A program made the position numbers and the translations under genes. Below, one piece after another: positions 51,758 through 60,042 of a stretch of DNA of 64,000 nt. Source of the stretch: an uncultured Planctomycetaceae bacterium (lineage in GTDB: Bacteria > Planctomycetota > Phycisphaerae > Sedimentisphaerales > UBA12454); NCBI GenBank assembly GCA_964492875.1, contig CAZBLD010000002.1, forward strand, positions 5,579 through 69,578, written 5' to 3'. The notes under the pieces were generated by a model. It had not been told where the DNA came from, did not search any database, and saw only the letters and a list, made by a program, of their open reading frames with translations. Position 1 is the stretch's first letter; each line of letters opens with the position of its first letter.

Positions 51758-53263
51758 TCAGTCGAGTTTCATTGTCATCAGGAATTCGGCGTTTGACCTG
51801 CACTTGGCAAGTCTGCTCTTCAGGAGTTCAACGGATTCGACAGGGTTAAGCTCGCTAAGAACACGTCTTAGTCTGTAAACCAGCTCAAGCTCCTTGGCGT
51901 CGAGCAGAAGTTCTTCTCTTCTTGTGCCGCTTTTGCTGATATCGATAGCAGGCCAGATTCTCCTGTCAACAAGACGCCTGTCAAGATGAAGCTCCATATT
52001 GCCTGTGGCCTTGAACTCTTCAAAAATGACTTCGTCCATTTTTGAGCCTGTATCGACAAGAGCCGTTGCGAATATCGACAGCGAACCGCCTTCTTCGATG
52101 TTTCTGGCAGCACCGAAGAATTTTTTGGGCATCTGCATTGCATTTGCATCGACGCCGCCGGTGAGGATTTTGCCTGAGTGCGGCACTTCGGTATTATATG
52201 CCCTTGCAAGTCGAGTTATCGAATCGAGCAGAATAACGACATTCACGCCATATTCGACCATTCTTTTTGCCTTTTCGATAACCATTTCTGCCACCTGGCA
52301 ATGTCTCGAAGCAGGCTCATCGAATGTTGAGCTTATGACTTCGACATCCTTGGCCACCTTTCGCTCCATTTCCGTTACTTCTTCCGGCCGTTCATCTATA
52401 AGAAGAACAATCAGTTTGACTTCAGGGGCGTTAGTGCTTATCGAATTGGCGATTTTCTGCAGGAGTATGGTTTTTCCGGTTCTCGGCGGAGCAACAATAA
52501 GGCCTCGCTGGCCTTTGCCGACCGGCGTAATCAGGTCGATTATCCGCATATTCAGTTCTTCCGGGATAGTCTCGAGTATGAATCTTTCATCCGGATGGAG
52601 GGGGGTTAGGTCGCTGAAGTTGATTCTTTCGGAGAGTCTGTCCGGCTCCTCGTAGTTTATCGCCTCAACTCTCAGCAAAGCGAAATACTTTTCCGACTCT
52701 TTGGGCGGGCGAATCTGTCCGCTTACGATAGCGCCGGTCCGCAGGCCGAATCTTTTAATCTGTGACGGCGAAACATATATATCATCCGGCGAGGAAAGGT
52801 AGTTATATTCGGGGTTTCTCAGGAAGCCGTAGCCGTCGGGCAGAACTTCCAGAACGCCTTCTCCGTACATCAGGCCGTTCGACTGTATGCGTTCCTTGAG
52901 GATTTTGAAGATAAGCTCCTGCTTCTTCATTCCGGTATATTCCTGCACGTTCTCCTTCTTGCAGACATCGTGCAGCTCAGCTACGGTCATTCTTTGCAGG
53001 TCGGTTATATGCAGATTGCCCCGCTTGATTCGCTCGTACTTGGCATGAGTAGACTCGAAATCCGTCTTCTTGTCTTTGCCGTTTTCAACAACAACGGCCT
53101 GTTCAGTTTTTTCGGGTTCGGGGGCTGGACCATTGCCTTGCTCCCGGGCGATTTCGGTCTGCTGCTCCTGCTGCCGGACGTTTTCATTTTCACTGTCGTT
53201 TTTTTTCGAACTTCTTCTTTTTTTGGGTTCTCTCGAATCTGTTTTTAAGGTTGTTTTAGCCAT
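51758..53263 (-). CDS. rho: Transcription termination factor Rho with N-terminal extension
   Basis: [33 protein letters not shown]; GGAGG before MAKTT. Confidence 0.97.
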   Translation of the reverse strand: MAKTTLKTDSREPKKRRSSKKNDSENENVRQQEQQTEIAREQGNGPAPEPEKTEQAVVVENGKDKKTDFESTHAKYERIKRGNLHITDLQRMTVAELHDVCKKENVQEYTGMKKQELIFKILKERIQSNGLMYGEGVLEVLPDGYGFLRNPEYNYLSSPDDIYVSPSQIKRFGLRTGAIVSGQIRPPKESEKYFALLRVEAINYEEPDRLSERINFSDLTPLHPDERFILETIPEELNMRIIDLITPVGKGQRGLIVAPPRTGKTILLQKIANSISTNAPEVKLIVLLIDERPEEVTEMERKVAKDVEVISSTFDEPASRHCQVAEMVIEKAKRMVEYGVNVVILLDSITRLARAYNTEVPHSGKILTGGVDANAMQMPKKFFGAARNIEEGGSLSIFATALVDTGSKMDEVIFEEFKATGNMELHLDRRLVDRRIWPAIDISKSGTRREELLLDAKELELVYRLRRVLSELNPVESVELLKSRLAKCRSNAEFLMTMKLD

Positions 53264-53347
53264 GTTTACCTCCACACCAATGCAATAAGTTTTGAATACT
53301 GTCTTTTTGATGAATATTTCGTTTTCATTTTTTCCCTTAAATGCTTT

Positions 53348-53375
53348 CCCCTGCACCAATACATTGGTGTGGGGG
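53348..53375. mobile_element. Short 28-bp palindrome sharing ends with the MITE family
   Basis: cccctgcaccaatacattggtgtggggg followed by ttta; near-identical to the nested element at 109-137. Confidence 0.7.
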
Positions 53376-53590
53376 TTTACTCCTTATTTTGAAACCGATT
53401 ATTGCGCTTTTAATAAAAATCTCTTCATAACCAGTGATAACAAAAACGTCTCTGCGCTCAAACAGGAACAAACTCGGACAGACCGTACAAAATCTGCCGC
53501 CTGATTTGGTTACTCTCTTAAAAATGTCACAACTATTATGTGTTTTTTACCTCCCGCAGTCCAAATTCAGGAACCCGTAAGATGCTACCC

Positions 53591-54199
53591 TTAAGATATT
53601 AAAGCGGGAAATAACTTTCCGATCTGTCTAATCATTTCTGATAGGTCATTATTTTCTACTATATAATGCGCCATATCGGCCTTTTTGTCCAGAGAAATTT
53701 GGAAATTTTCTCTTTTTTTTAGCTCATTTTCTCTCAAAATGCCCCCTTTTTGCGCCCTTTTGAGCCTTATTTTCGCATTACATCGGACAAAAATGAGCTT
53801 ATCACACTTTTTATGCCATCCAACCTCTGCCAGCAGGGGCATATCCAGAACAATAGCTTTTACAGACGGTTGCTGCTGATATTTCTCTATAAGTTCTTCT
53901 GTTTTTTCAAGAACCTTCGGGTGAATTACCGCATTTACAGCCTTGACAGCCGTGGCATCCGCAAAGGCCTTTTCAGCAAGTTTCCTCCTGTTAACCCTGC
54001 CGCCAGCATCAAAAATCCGGCTGCCAAACCTGGAACGCAGCTGTTTTTTTACCCCCTTATCTCGGAGGAACCGTTTTGCCATTTCATCTGCATCGATGAC
54101 CGCACAACCTCTCCTGGCAAGCTCTTTTGCTACGGTGCTTTTCCCTGATGCAATACCACCCATTATCCCGATTATATTTTTTTTACCGGTTTGCTGCAC
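53591..54199 (-). CDS. coaE: Dephospho-CoA kinase
   Basis: GIMGGIASGKSTV, IDAD, IHPKV, DMPLL.E. Confidence 0.95.
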   Translation of the reverse strand: MQQTGKKNIIGIMGGIASGKSTVAKELARRGCAVIDADEMAKRFLRDKGVKKQLRSRFGSRIFDAGGRVNRRKLAEKAFADATAVKAVNAVIHPKVLEKTEELIEKYQQQPSVKAIVLDMPLLAEVGWHKKCDKLIFVRCNAKIRLKRAQKGGILRENELKKRENFQISLDKKADMAHYIVENNDLSEMIRQIGKLFPALIS

Positions 54200-54269
54200 A
54201 AGAATAATCTAACTCGTCTGCGGCTGGAAGTCAACCGGCTGTTTAACATCTCATTATTCTCTCTTTTGT

Positions 54270-56057
54270 TTAACCTACGGCAGTTTTTTCTGTTTGTTTT
54301 GCCGACGCTTTTTCAAAGCTTCTGAGAAGATAGTTTTTAACAACCTCCTCCCAGCTCATATGCTCCGCAAGGTCGTAGCCGGAATTTATCATCTCAACTA
54401 TCTCGTCATCGTTTTTCGGCAGCCGGGCAAAGATTTCCATCGCAACTCTTTCACTTACGTAATGCTCAATCCTGTTTCGGATGCCAACATCAATTTTGAG
54501 CATATCCTCAATATTGTCAAATCTCATTCCGCCCAGGTCCGTGTAATCGGCAATTATCACGTTGCGCTTTTCTTCAAAGCCGCATATTCTCCTGATAAAC
54601 CCTGTACAGCCGCAGACACTGCTGAGCACACAGATTCCTCCAAAGCTCAGAGGCTCAATCTGTGCGATGCCGAAAGGCTCATAGATGCTCTGTCCGAACT
54701 CGACATCGCTCCCCTTTCTTATATCCATAAACTCCATATCTTCGGGCATTCTGTAGCCGCATCTGTGCCTGTCAAAGCCGAACTGGTTAATGAAAACCAC
54801 CTTTATATTTCTGCTCCTCGTGTTGAACTCCTGTACGGCGGCATAAAACGCTGCCTCACCGCCGCTCAAATCCGGCAGTCCTTCCCGATGCGCGACAGGC
54901 CAGTTATACTCAGCCTCCATCTTCAGGATATCCCGCAGCCTTCTGGGGCCGACCTCGGTGCTAAGCAGAAACATCACGGCGGTTTTGTGCAGCGGTCTGA
55001 GCTGCTTTTCCATATACTCCAGCACCCTCAAATCGCGCCACAGCCCTTTGCTGCGAACCAGCCTTGTTACGTGGGTGAAAACATAATCAGGCGCAAATCC
55101 GAGGAGATTTTCACAATACTGCGCAAGTTTCGCCTTTGAGCGTTTTCTCTCTTCGAGACTGATGTGCCAGGCAGGTATGCCGTTGTATGCCAGCTTGATG
55201 TCTGCGGTTTTAAATTCCGGGGCAAGAAATCTTAATTCGTCCGCGACGTAATCACCGACGGCAAGGATACTGTCGCAGTGTCTGGACGCTTCTACCAGCA
55301 CATGCTTGAAGTAGCCGCTCTGGTCTCCAAAGACTTCCGGCAAACTGACGCCCTGAGCCTGGGCGGTCCTCATAACATTGTAGAACATCGTATCATTGCC
55401 GCTTTTTTCCTCGACAATTCTTCTAACAGGTGCAACCTCATGGGCGTAAAAAACAGTTTTTAAGCTATATTCATTATCAATTTTAGCTGCAAGTGCGGTG
55501 GGTATGCCCATAAATTCATGAGCAACAATTACAGCAACTCCGTCCCCCTGAGGGGCGCCTATTACTTTTAATGCCGCTATGGCCGGCGGCGCAAGTCTTA
55601 CCCATTCATCGTATTCCCACAGATGCTCGTAGAGGCGGCTCGAAATCGCGAAGCGGGTAAACAGTTGTCCCTTAAACGCATTTATAGGTGCAATATTTAT
55701 GTGTCGGACGTCAATCAGAATAACTTCCGGCATATTTTTTATGCCGGTACGTCTATCTTCAAAAAGTCTCCTTCCATAAACGATGTCAACATCGAAAAAC
55801 CTCTCGATATTTTTGAATCCGGCTGCGTAACCGGTTTTTGCCAGCCCGTCTGTGCTGGAATAAAGCACCTCGCCTCCTGCGCCGAGCCGGTTCTCCGGCG
55901 GTCCCTCGGTGGAAAAAAGAGTGCTTACAAGTATCGTCCTTCCAGTATTGTCAATGTACGCTTTGCTTGTGAGAATGCCGTCAAGAACAGCACCGATGCC
56001 GCCGATTTTGCCGATAGCCTCATGAGTAACATGAACAATGTTGGTCTTACGGTTCAT
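54270..56057 (-). CDS. GT-B glycosyltransferase, glycogen synthase (GT3)-like
   Basis: KIGGI, AHEFM, YAHE, YEPFG..IEPL. Confidence 0.7.
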   Translation of the reverse strand: MNRKTNIVHVTHEAIGKIGGIGAVLDGILTSKAYIDNTGRTILVSTLFSTEGPPENRLGAGGEVLYSSTDGLAKTGYAAGFKNIERFFDVDIVYGRRLFEDRRTGIKNMPEVILIDVRHINIAPINAFKGQLFTRFAISSRLYEHLWEYDEWVRLAPPAIAALKVIGAPQGDGVAVIVAHEFMGIPTALAAKIDNEYSLKTVFYAHEVAPVRRIVEEKSGNDTMFYNVMRTAQAQGVSLPEVFGDQSGYFKHVLVEASRHCDSILAVGDYVADELRFLAPEFKTADIKLAYNGIPAWHISLEERKRSKAKLAQYCENLLGFAPDYVFTHVTRLVRSKGLWRDLRVLEYMEKQLRPLHKTAVMFLLSTEVGPRRLRDILKMEAEYNWPVAHREGLPDLSGGEAAFYAAVQEFNTRSRNIKVVFINQFGFDRHRCGYRMPEDMEFMDIRKGSDVEFGQSIYEPFGIAQIEPLSFGGICVLSSVCGCTGFIRRICGFEEKRNVIIADYTDLGGMRFDNIEDMLKIDVGIRNRIEHYVSERVAMEIFARLPKNDDEIVEMINSGYDLAEHMSWEEVVKNYLLRSFEKASAKQTEKTAVG

Positions 56058-56089
56058 ACCATTGCCTTTCTTCCGTTAATACTCTGTTG

Positions 56090-57532
56090 TCATTCCATCT
56101 TCTGCTTTTTTGCAGTTTTAGCCTTCTTATTCGCTTCTTCTTTTTTCTTTGCTTCCCTTGCTTTCTTTGCTTCCTTTGCTTTTTTTGCTTTTTCCGCTTT
56201 TTCTGCTTTTTCTATTTTTTCCGCTTCCTTCTTTTCCTCTTCTTTCTTTTTTTCTACGACCTCTGGAATTGTCAGAAGAGGTCTTTGAGTAATTTCATTA
56301 TATTTTTCCATTTGTATATCTGTCGGTTTGTCGCCGTTGTAAATATGAGGCGAGAGAATTATAAGCAGTTCGGAATTGTTCTGGACGGTATCTGTGGCCT
56401 TGAAGGCCAGACCTATTATCGGTATGTTTCCAAGAATGGGAAGCTGATTAGTCTGTTTCTGAGTTGTTTTCCGCCGCAGACCGCCGATAACAAGTATCTG
56501 ACTGTCTTCGAGCAGCAGCGAACTCTGTATCTTTCTGGTATCAACTGTTGGCACGCCGCTGAGCGCGCCTGTGTAGGCACTCTGTTCGGTTTCGACATTC
56601 AGGAGGATGGAGTTGTCATCCATCAGCGTTGCCACTACATTAAGTTTTACACCAACATTCTTGAATTGCGTGCTTGTCATACTCCCGCCCTGGCTGGTTT
56701 GAGACGTTTCTGAATACGGTATTTCTTCTACGGCTTCGATAGAAGCGGTTTGGCCGCTGACAACCATTACGCGGGGACTTGCAAGGATTTCTACGTTGTT
56801 CTTCTCCTGCAGCGCGTGAATCACATTTCTGATATCGCCGGGCCAAAGAAGCCACAAATCGGAGCCTGAGCCAGTAGTATTGAATGCCGTAGCAGTACCA
56901 ACTGTAGAGGCAGATCTATCTATTCTTTCCAGGCGGTTAGAAAACTTAAGGTTTTGTCTAAAAACGGCATCGTGGTCTCTGGTGGTAAGCAGGTCCCAGT
57001 TGATGCCGATTTCTGTTTCGTTATCGAGTTTTACATCGAGTAAAACAACCTCAATCATAATCTGTTCCGGCTTGCGGTCAGCCTTTTGAATCTGCGCAAG
57101 GATTTTTGCAAGATTTTCATTTGTGTCGCAGATTATCAAGGAATTGCCCTTCGCATCCGGCTCCATAGTGCCATATTCGCTCAACATCTTCTCAATCGAG
57201 GTCTTAAGGCTCCTCGCGTCGAGGAATTTAAGGGTAGCAGTTTCGACACAAAGTTCCGGTTTCGCTCCTACCGTAACCGTATCTGTTATATCCATCGGCG
57301 GGGCCTGTTTCCCGATAAATTGTACAAACGGGTTATTCTGAGTCATTCCGCTTGTGTCGATTTCGTTGCTGTCCTGGCCATAAACAGCAAGGGTAAAGCT
57401 TATAATAATCAACGCTGCAACCGCCGTTGCTACTCTGCGAAGCAGCGCTTCCGGCCTTCGCAGCCGAAGCGGCTGCTTCGGCGGAGCAGGCTCGCTACGC
57501 AGCACAAGCTTTTTGTCTGCCAGTCTTAACAT
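56090..57532 (-). CDS. Secretin (PilQ/GspD family) with one N domain and a K/E/A-rich tail
   Basis: QIMIEVV, ILASPRVMVVSGQTASI, VGVKL.V, LVIGGL, P.LG.IP.IG, ELLIILSPHI. Confidence 0.92.
   Translation of the reverse strand: MLRLADKKLVLRSEPAPPKQPLRLRRPEALLRRVATAVAALIIISFTLAVYGQDSNEIDTSGMTQNNPFVQFIGKQAPPMDITDTVTVGAKPELCVETATLKFLDARSLKTSIEKMLSEYGTMEPDAKGNSLIICDTNENLAKILAQIQKADRKPEQIMIEVVLLDVKLDNETEIGINWDLLTTRDHDAVFRQNLKFSNRLERIDRSASTVGTATAFNTTGSGSDLWLLWPGDIRNVIHALQEKNNVEILASPRVMVVSGQTASIEAVEEIPYSETSQTSQGGSMTSTQFKNVGVKLNVVATLMDDNSILLNVETEQSAYTGALSGVPTVDTRKIQSSLLLEDSQILVIGGLRRKTTQKQTNQLPILGNIPIIGLAFKATDTVQNNSELLIILSPHIYNGDKPTDIQMEKYNEITQRPLLTIPEVVEKKKEEEKKEAEKIEKAEKAEKAKKAKEAKKAREAKKKEEANKKAKTAKKQKME
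57450..57485 (+). repeat. Family A palindrome variant, in frame in the secretin N-terminus
   Basis: tccggccttcgc-agccgaagcggct-gcttcggcgga, 36 bp. Confidence 0.65.
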
Positions 57533-57536
57533 CCGG

Positions 57537-58121
57537 CTAAATCCCCTTAACCTTTAACGTATATATGCTCAAAGACAAGTCGCATACAAGCAAGCTGGTC
57601 GTCTGGTCTTTGAGACGAAGATTTATTGTGTCAATCCATACTTTCTGTTTTCTGTTCTGCAGAGAATCAAGCAGTTTTACAATATCCTGATACTGACCGG
57701 AAACACTCAAATTCACCCGATACTGTCGTATATCAATGGGATTACTGTCACTAACCCCAATTTGTGTTGCAGGCAAAAACTTAAGCGTTTCGACAAAGCA
57801 TTTATTTTTTTCAGCCTTCGATTGAATGTCTTCAAGAAAACTTCTGGCAGCATCAACCTCAAAAAACTCCTCTCTTTTCTGTCGGAATTGTTCTGAAGTT
57901 TTGTCAAGTTTCTTTCGACTTAGCTGAAGCTCTGTATTAATAATCTCGGTGGTCTTTTCGACTTCTTCAGCGACATCTTCGTACTTTTCTGCCGCCAAGA
58001 GGTATTGAGAATGCGGCGTTACAAACCAGTTATACGATGCAATCACTGCGACAAGCACGCACGCAGCGAAAACTATGTTTCTTGCCGACCAGCCCATACT
58101 TTTGATATAATCGAAAATCAC
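57537..58121 (-). CDS. PilO-like protein
   Basis: N-terminal TM, coiled coil, SGQYQDIVKLLDSLQN; operon position. Confidence 0.75.
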   Translation of the reverse strand: MIFDYIKSMGWSARNIVFAACVLVAVIASYNWFVTPHSQYLLAAEKYEDVAEEVEKTTEIINTELQLSRKKLDKTSEQFRQKREEFFEVDAARSFLEDIQSKAEKNKCFVETLKFLPATQIGVSDSNPIDIRQYRVNLSVSGQYQDIVKLLDSLQNRKQKVWIDTINLRLKDQTTSLLVCDLSLSIYTLKVKGI

Positions 58122-58132
58122 GTTTTATTCCT

Positions 58133-59635
58133 TTACTGCCTAAGAGAACATACTATCGAATAATCAATCAATCTGTTGCCGAACCTTGTAACCTGGTTGG
58201 CTGAGACAAGCGAAGCAGAATTTATTCTTTTGCTTTGTCCCAGAAGACCAACAAGGTTGTTAACGGCTTCATAGCTGACCGCGAGTCCGTCAATTTCCAT
58301 TATATTGTCGCCTTTTCCCTGCAGATTCTCTATAAGCACGGTTTGTGGTACAATGTTCGCCAGCTCGGTCAGCAGTTTACCCCAGTTGTGGTAGCTCCTG
58401 TCCTCGACGGCTTTCAAAACCGCCGCAAGATTATTCTCAGCGAGTTTGGCCCTCTTGCTGACGTTTCTTTCTGACCCAGCCAGCTTGAGCATGTTGACCT
58501 CGATACGCTTTTGTTTTGTTGCATAAATATCGCGACTGACTTCCACCGACTTTCTGCTCAGAAAAGCGATTTGCAGGAACAACAGGACAAGCAGACAGGC
58601 AGCAACATTCGCGATTACGAGCATTTCTTTTGTCGCTTTTCTAATTAAGATGATTTCCTTCGGCAGCAGGTTCAGCTTAATTACGCTTTTGTCTTCGTCG
58701 AGCAGTCTCATAGCCGCCCCTGCGGCTACGGGCGAAACCTCCTCATCGTCATCTCCCTTCATTACTACATCCATCAGACTGTTTTCATAAGCCGTAATTT
58801 CAATATCCTGCCGCGGGATTTGACTCCTGATTTCACCGGCAATTTGAGTGCTGTATTTGTTTTCCGGGGAGCAGGCAATAAATATCTGCCAGCCCTGCGT
58901 CTTGGTCTTTTTTTCAAGTTCCTGAAACCGGATTACAGACTCAACTTCATATTTGAGCCAGCTACTTCGCTGCTCTGACCCGACAATATCAGCCTCGAAT
59001 TTCTTCGCTCTGAGGAACTCAAGTCTCTGTTTTTCAAAGACGCACAGATTCAGACTGTCATCCCGGACAAGCAGAAGCATAATATTTTTTTCTTTTTGCG
59101 GTTTGATTATCCTGTCGTAACATACTCTGATAAAAGCCGTAACAGCCGGCTCGATTACCGAGACATTAATATTGTCTTTCTCAACCGCCTTTACCGTCAT
59201 GCTTAAATGCTCAGTCTGTGCCGCTCCGACAAGAACTCGCTTCGTCTTAGCATCGGAAGATTTTAGTCCGCAATAATCCATTTCAATATTTTTCAACGGC
59301 AGAACGGCGTATTGTCTGACCTCGTTCTGAATGATTTTTCTTACTTCGCCGGGCGCCGAATCGGGCAGATTCAATATCTGTAAAAGGATTGGCTCGGCAC
59401 AAATGGTCAGCGTTGTATTGCTGTGTTTGAATGTCCCTGCAATTTTCAATTGTTTCAGTACCTCTGCCAGCGCCGCCGGCGCCTGTACGACCCCGTCACT
59501 TACTACTGCCTGGTCAAGAGGGACGTTTCCTGCGCGTACAACCTTTATCTGTGAACCGCTTTTCCGCAGTTCCGTGAAACTCACGGCGTTTTTGCAGACA
59601 TCTATGCCGAACGCTTTTTTACTCCCTGTTCTCAT
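58133..59635 (-). CDS. PilM-PilN fusion protein
   Basis: FGIDV actin-like N-terminus, IEMDY, NLLP PilN motif, TM, then EIDGLA..Y..V. Confidence 0.8.
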   Translation of the reverse strand: MRTGSKKAFGIDVCKNAVSFTELRKSGSQIKVVRAGNVPLDQAVVSDGVVQAPAALAEVLKQLKIAGTFKHSNTTLTICAEPILLQILNLPDSAPGEVRKIIQNEVRQYAVLPLKNIEMDYCGLKSSDAKTKRVLVGAAQTEHLSMTVKAVEKDNINVSVIEPAVTAFIRVCYDRIIKPQKEKNIMLLLVRDDSLNLCVFEKQRLEFLRAKKFEADIVGSEQRSSWLKYEVESVIRFQELEKKTKTQGWQIFIACSPENKYSTQIAGEIRSQIPRQDIEITAYENSLMDVVMKGDDDEEVSPVAAGAAMRLLDEDKSVIKLNLLPKEIILIRKATKEMLVIANVAACLLVLLFLQIAFLSRKSVEVSRDIYATKQKRIEVNMLKLAGSERNVSKRAKLAENNLAAVLKAVEDRSYHNWGKLLTELANIVPQTVLIENLQGKGDNIMEIDGLAVSYEAVNNLVGLLGQSKRINSASLVSANQVTRFGNRLIDYSIVCSLRQ

Positions 59636-60030
59636 TCGTTTATCCTCAACTTATCAATCCGTATCACATAAGGACTTATGCCGCTGATTGTGATTTCCGC
59701 CTTCACCGTGGCAACGAAACCCTGCGGCGAGGTGCCTATCGAGGTAATGTTAGGGTCCAGAGGTGTTCCTGCTATCGTAACGGTATATGAGCCGCCGCCA
59801 AAGCTGCTGGAACCGCTACTCCAGTTCGGGTCGCTTCGCAACTGACTGAATGCATCAGCAATGCCTGCTTCTGCAATTGCAATCGCCTCTGCAGCGAAGA
59901 CCTCATTTTTCATAATCTGTATCTGTTCGGTATCTAATTGCAGTATTCCTGCGACAAGTGCCGCCAGCAGCGCTATGGTAAAAACCACAACAATCAATAC
60001 CGACCCGTCATTTTTCGTCTTTGTTCTCAT
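59632..60030 (-). CDS. PilX-like minor pilin
   Basis: GSVLIVVVF leader and A..IAEAGI. Confidence 0.75.
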   Translation of the reverse strand: MRTKTKNDGSVLIVVVFTIALLAALVAGILQLDTEQIQIMKNEVFAAEAIAIAEAGIADAFSQLRSDPNWSSGSSSFGGGSYTVTIAGTPLDPNITSIGTSPQGFVATVKAEITISGISPYVIRIDKLRINE

Positions 60031-60042
60031 AGCAGTTTCGCT

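Noticed and set aside
53264-53359. Extended Rho N-terminus from the ORF track
   Set aside because: The start falls inside a MITE-related palindrome, and a strong GGAGG precedes ATG 53263
56095-56260. 9-bp-like periodic DNA in the secretin tail as a contingency locus
   Set aside because: Units are degenerate and frame-preserving, explained by a low-complexity K/E/A peptide
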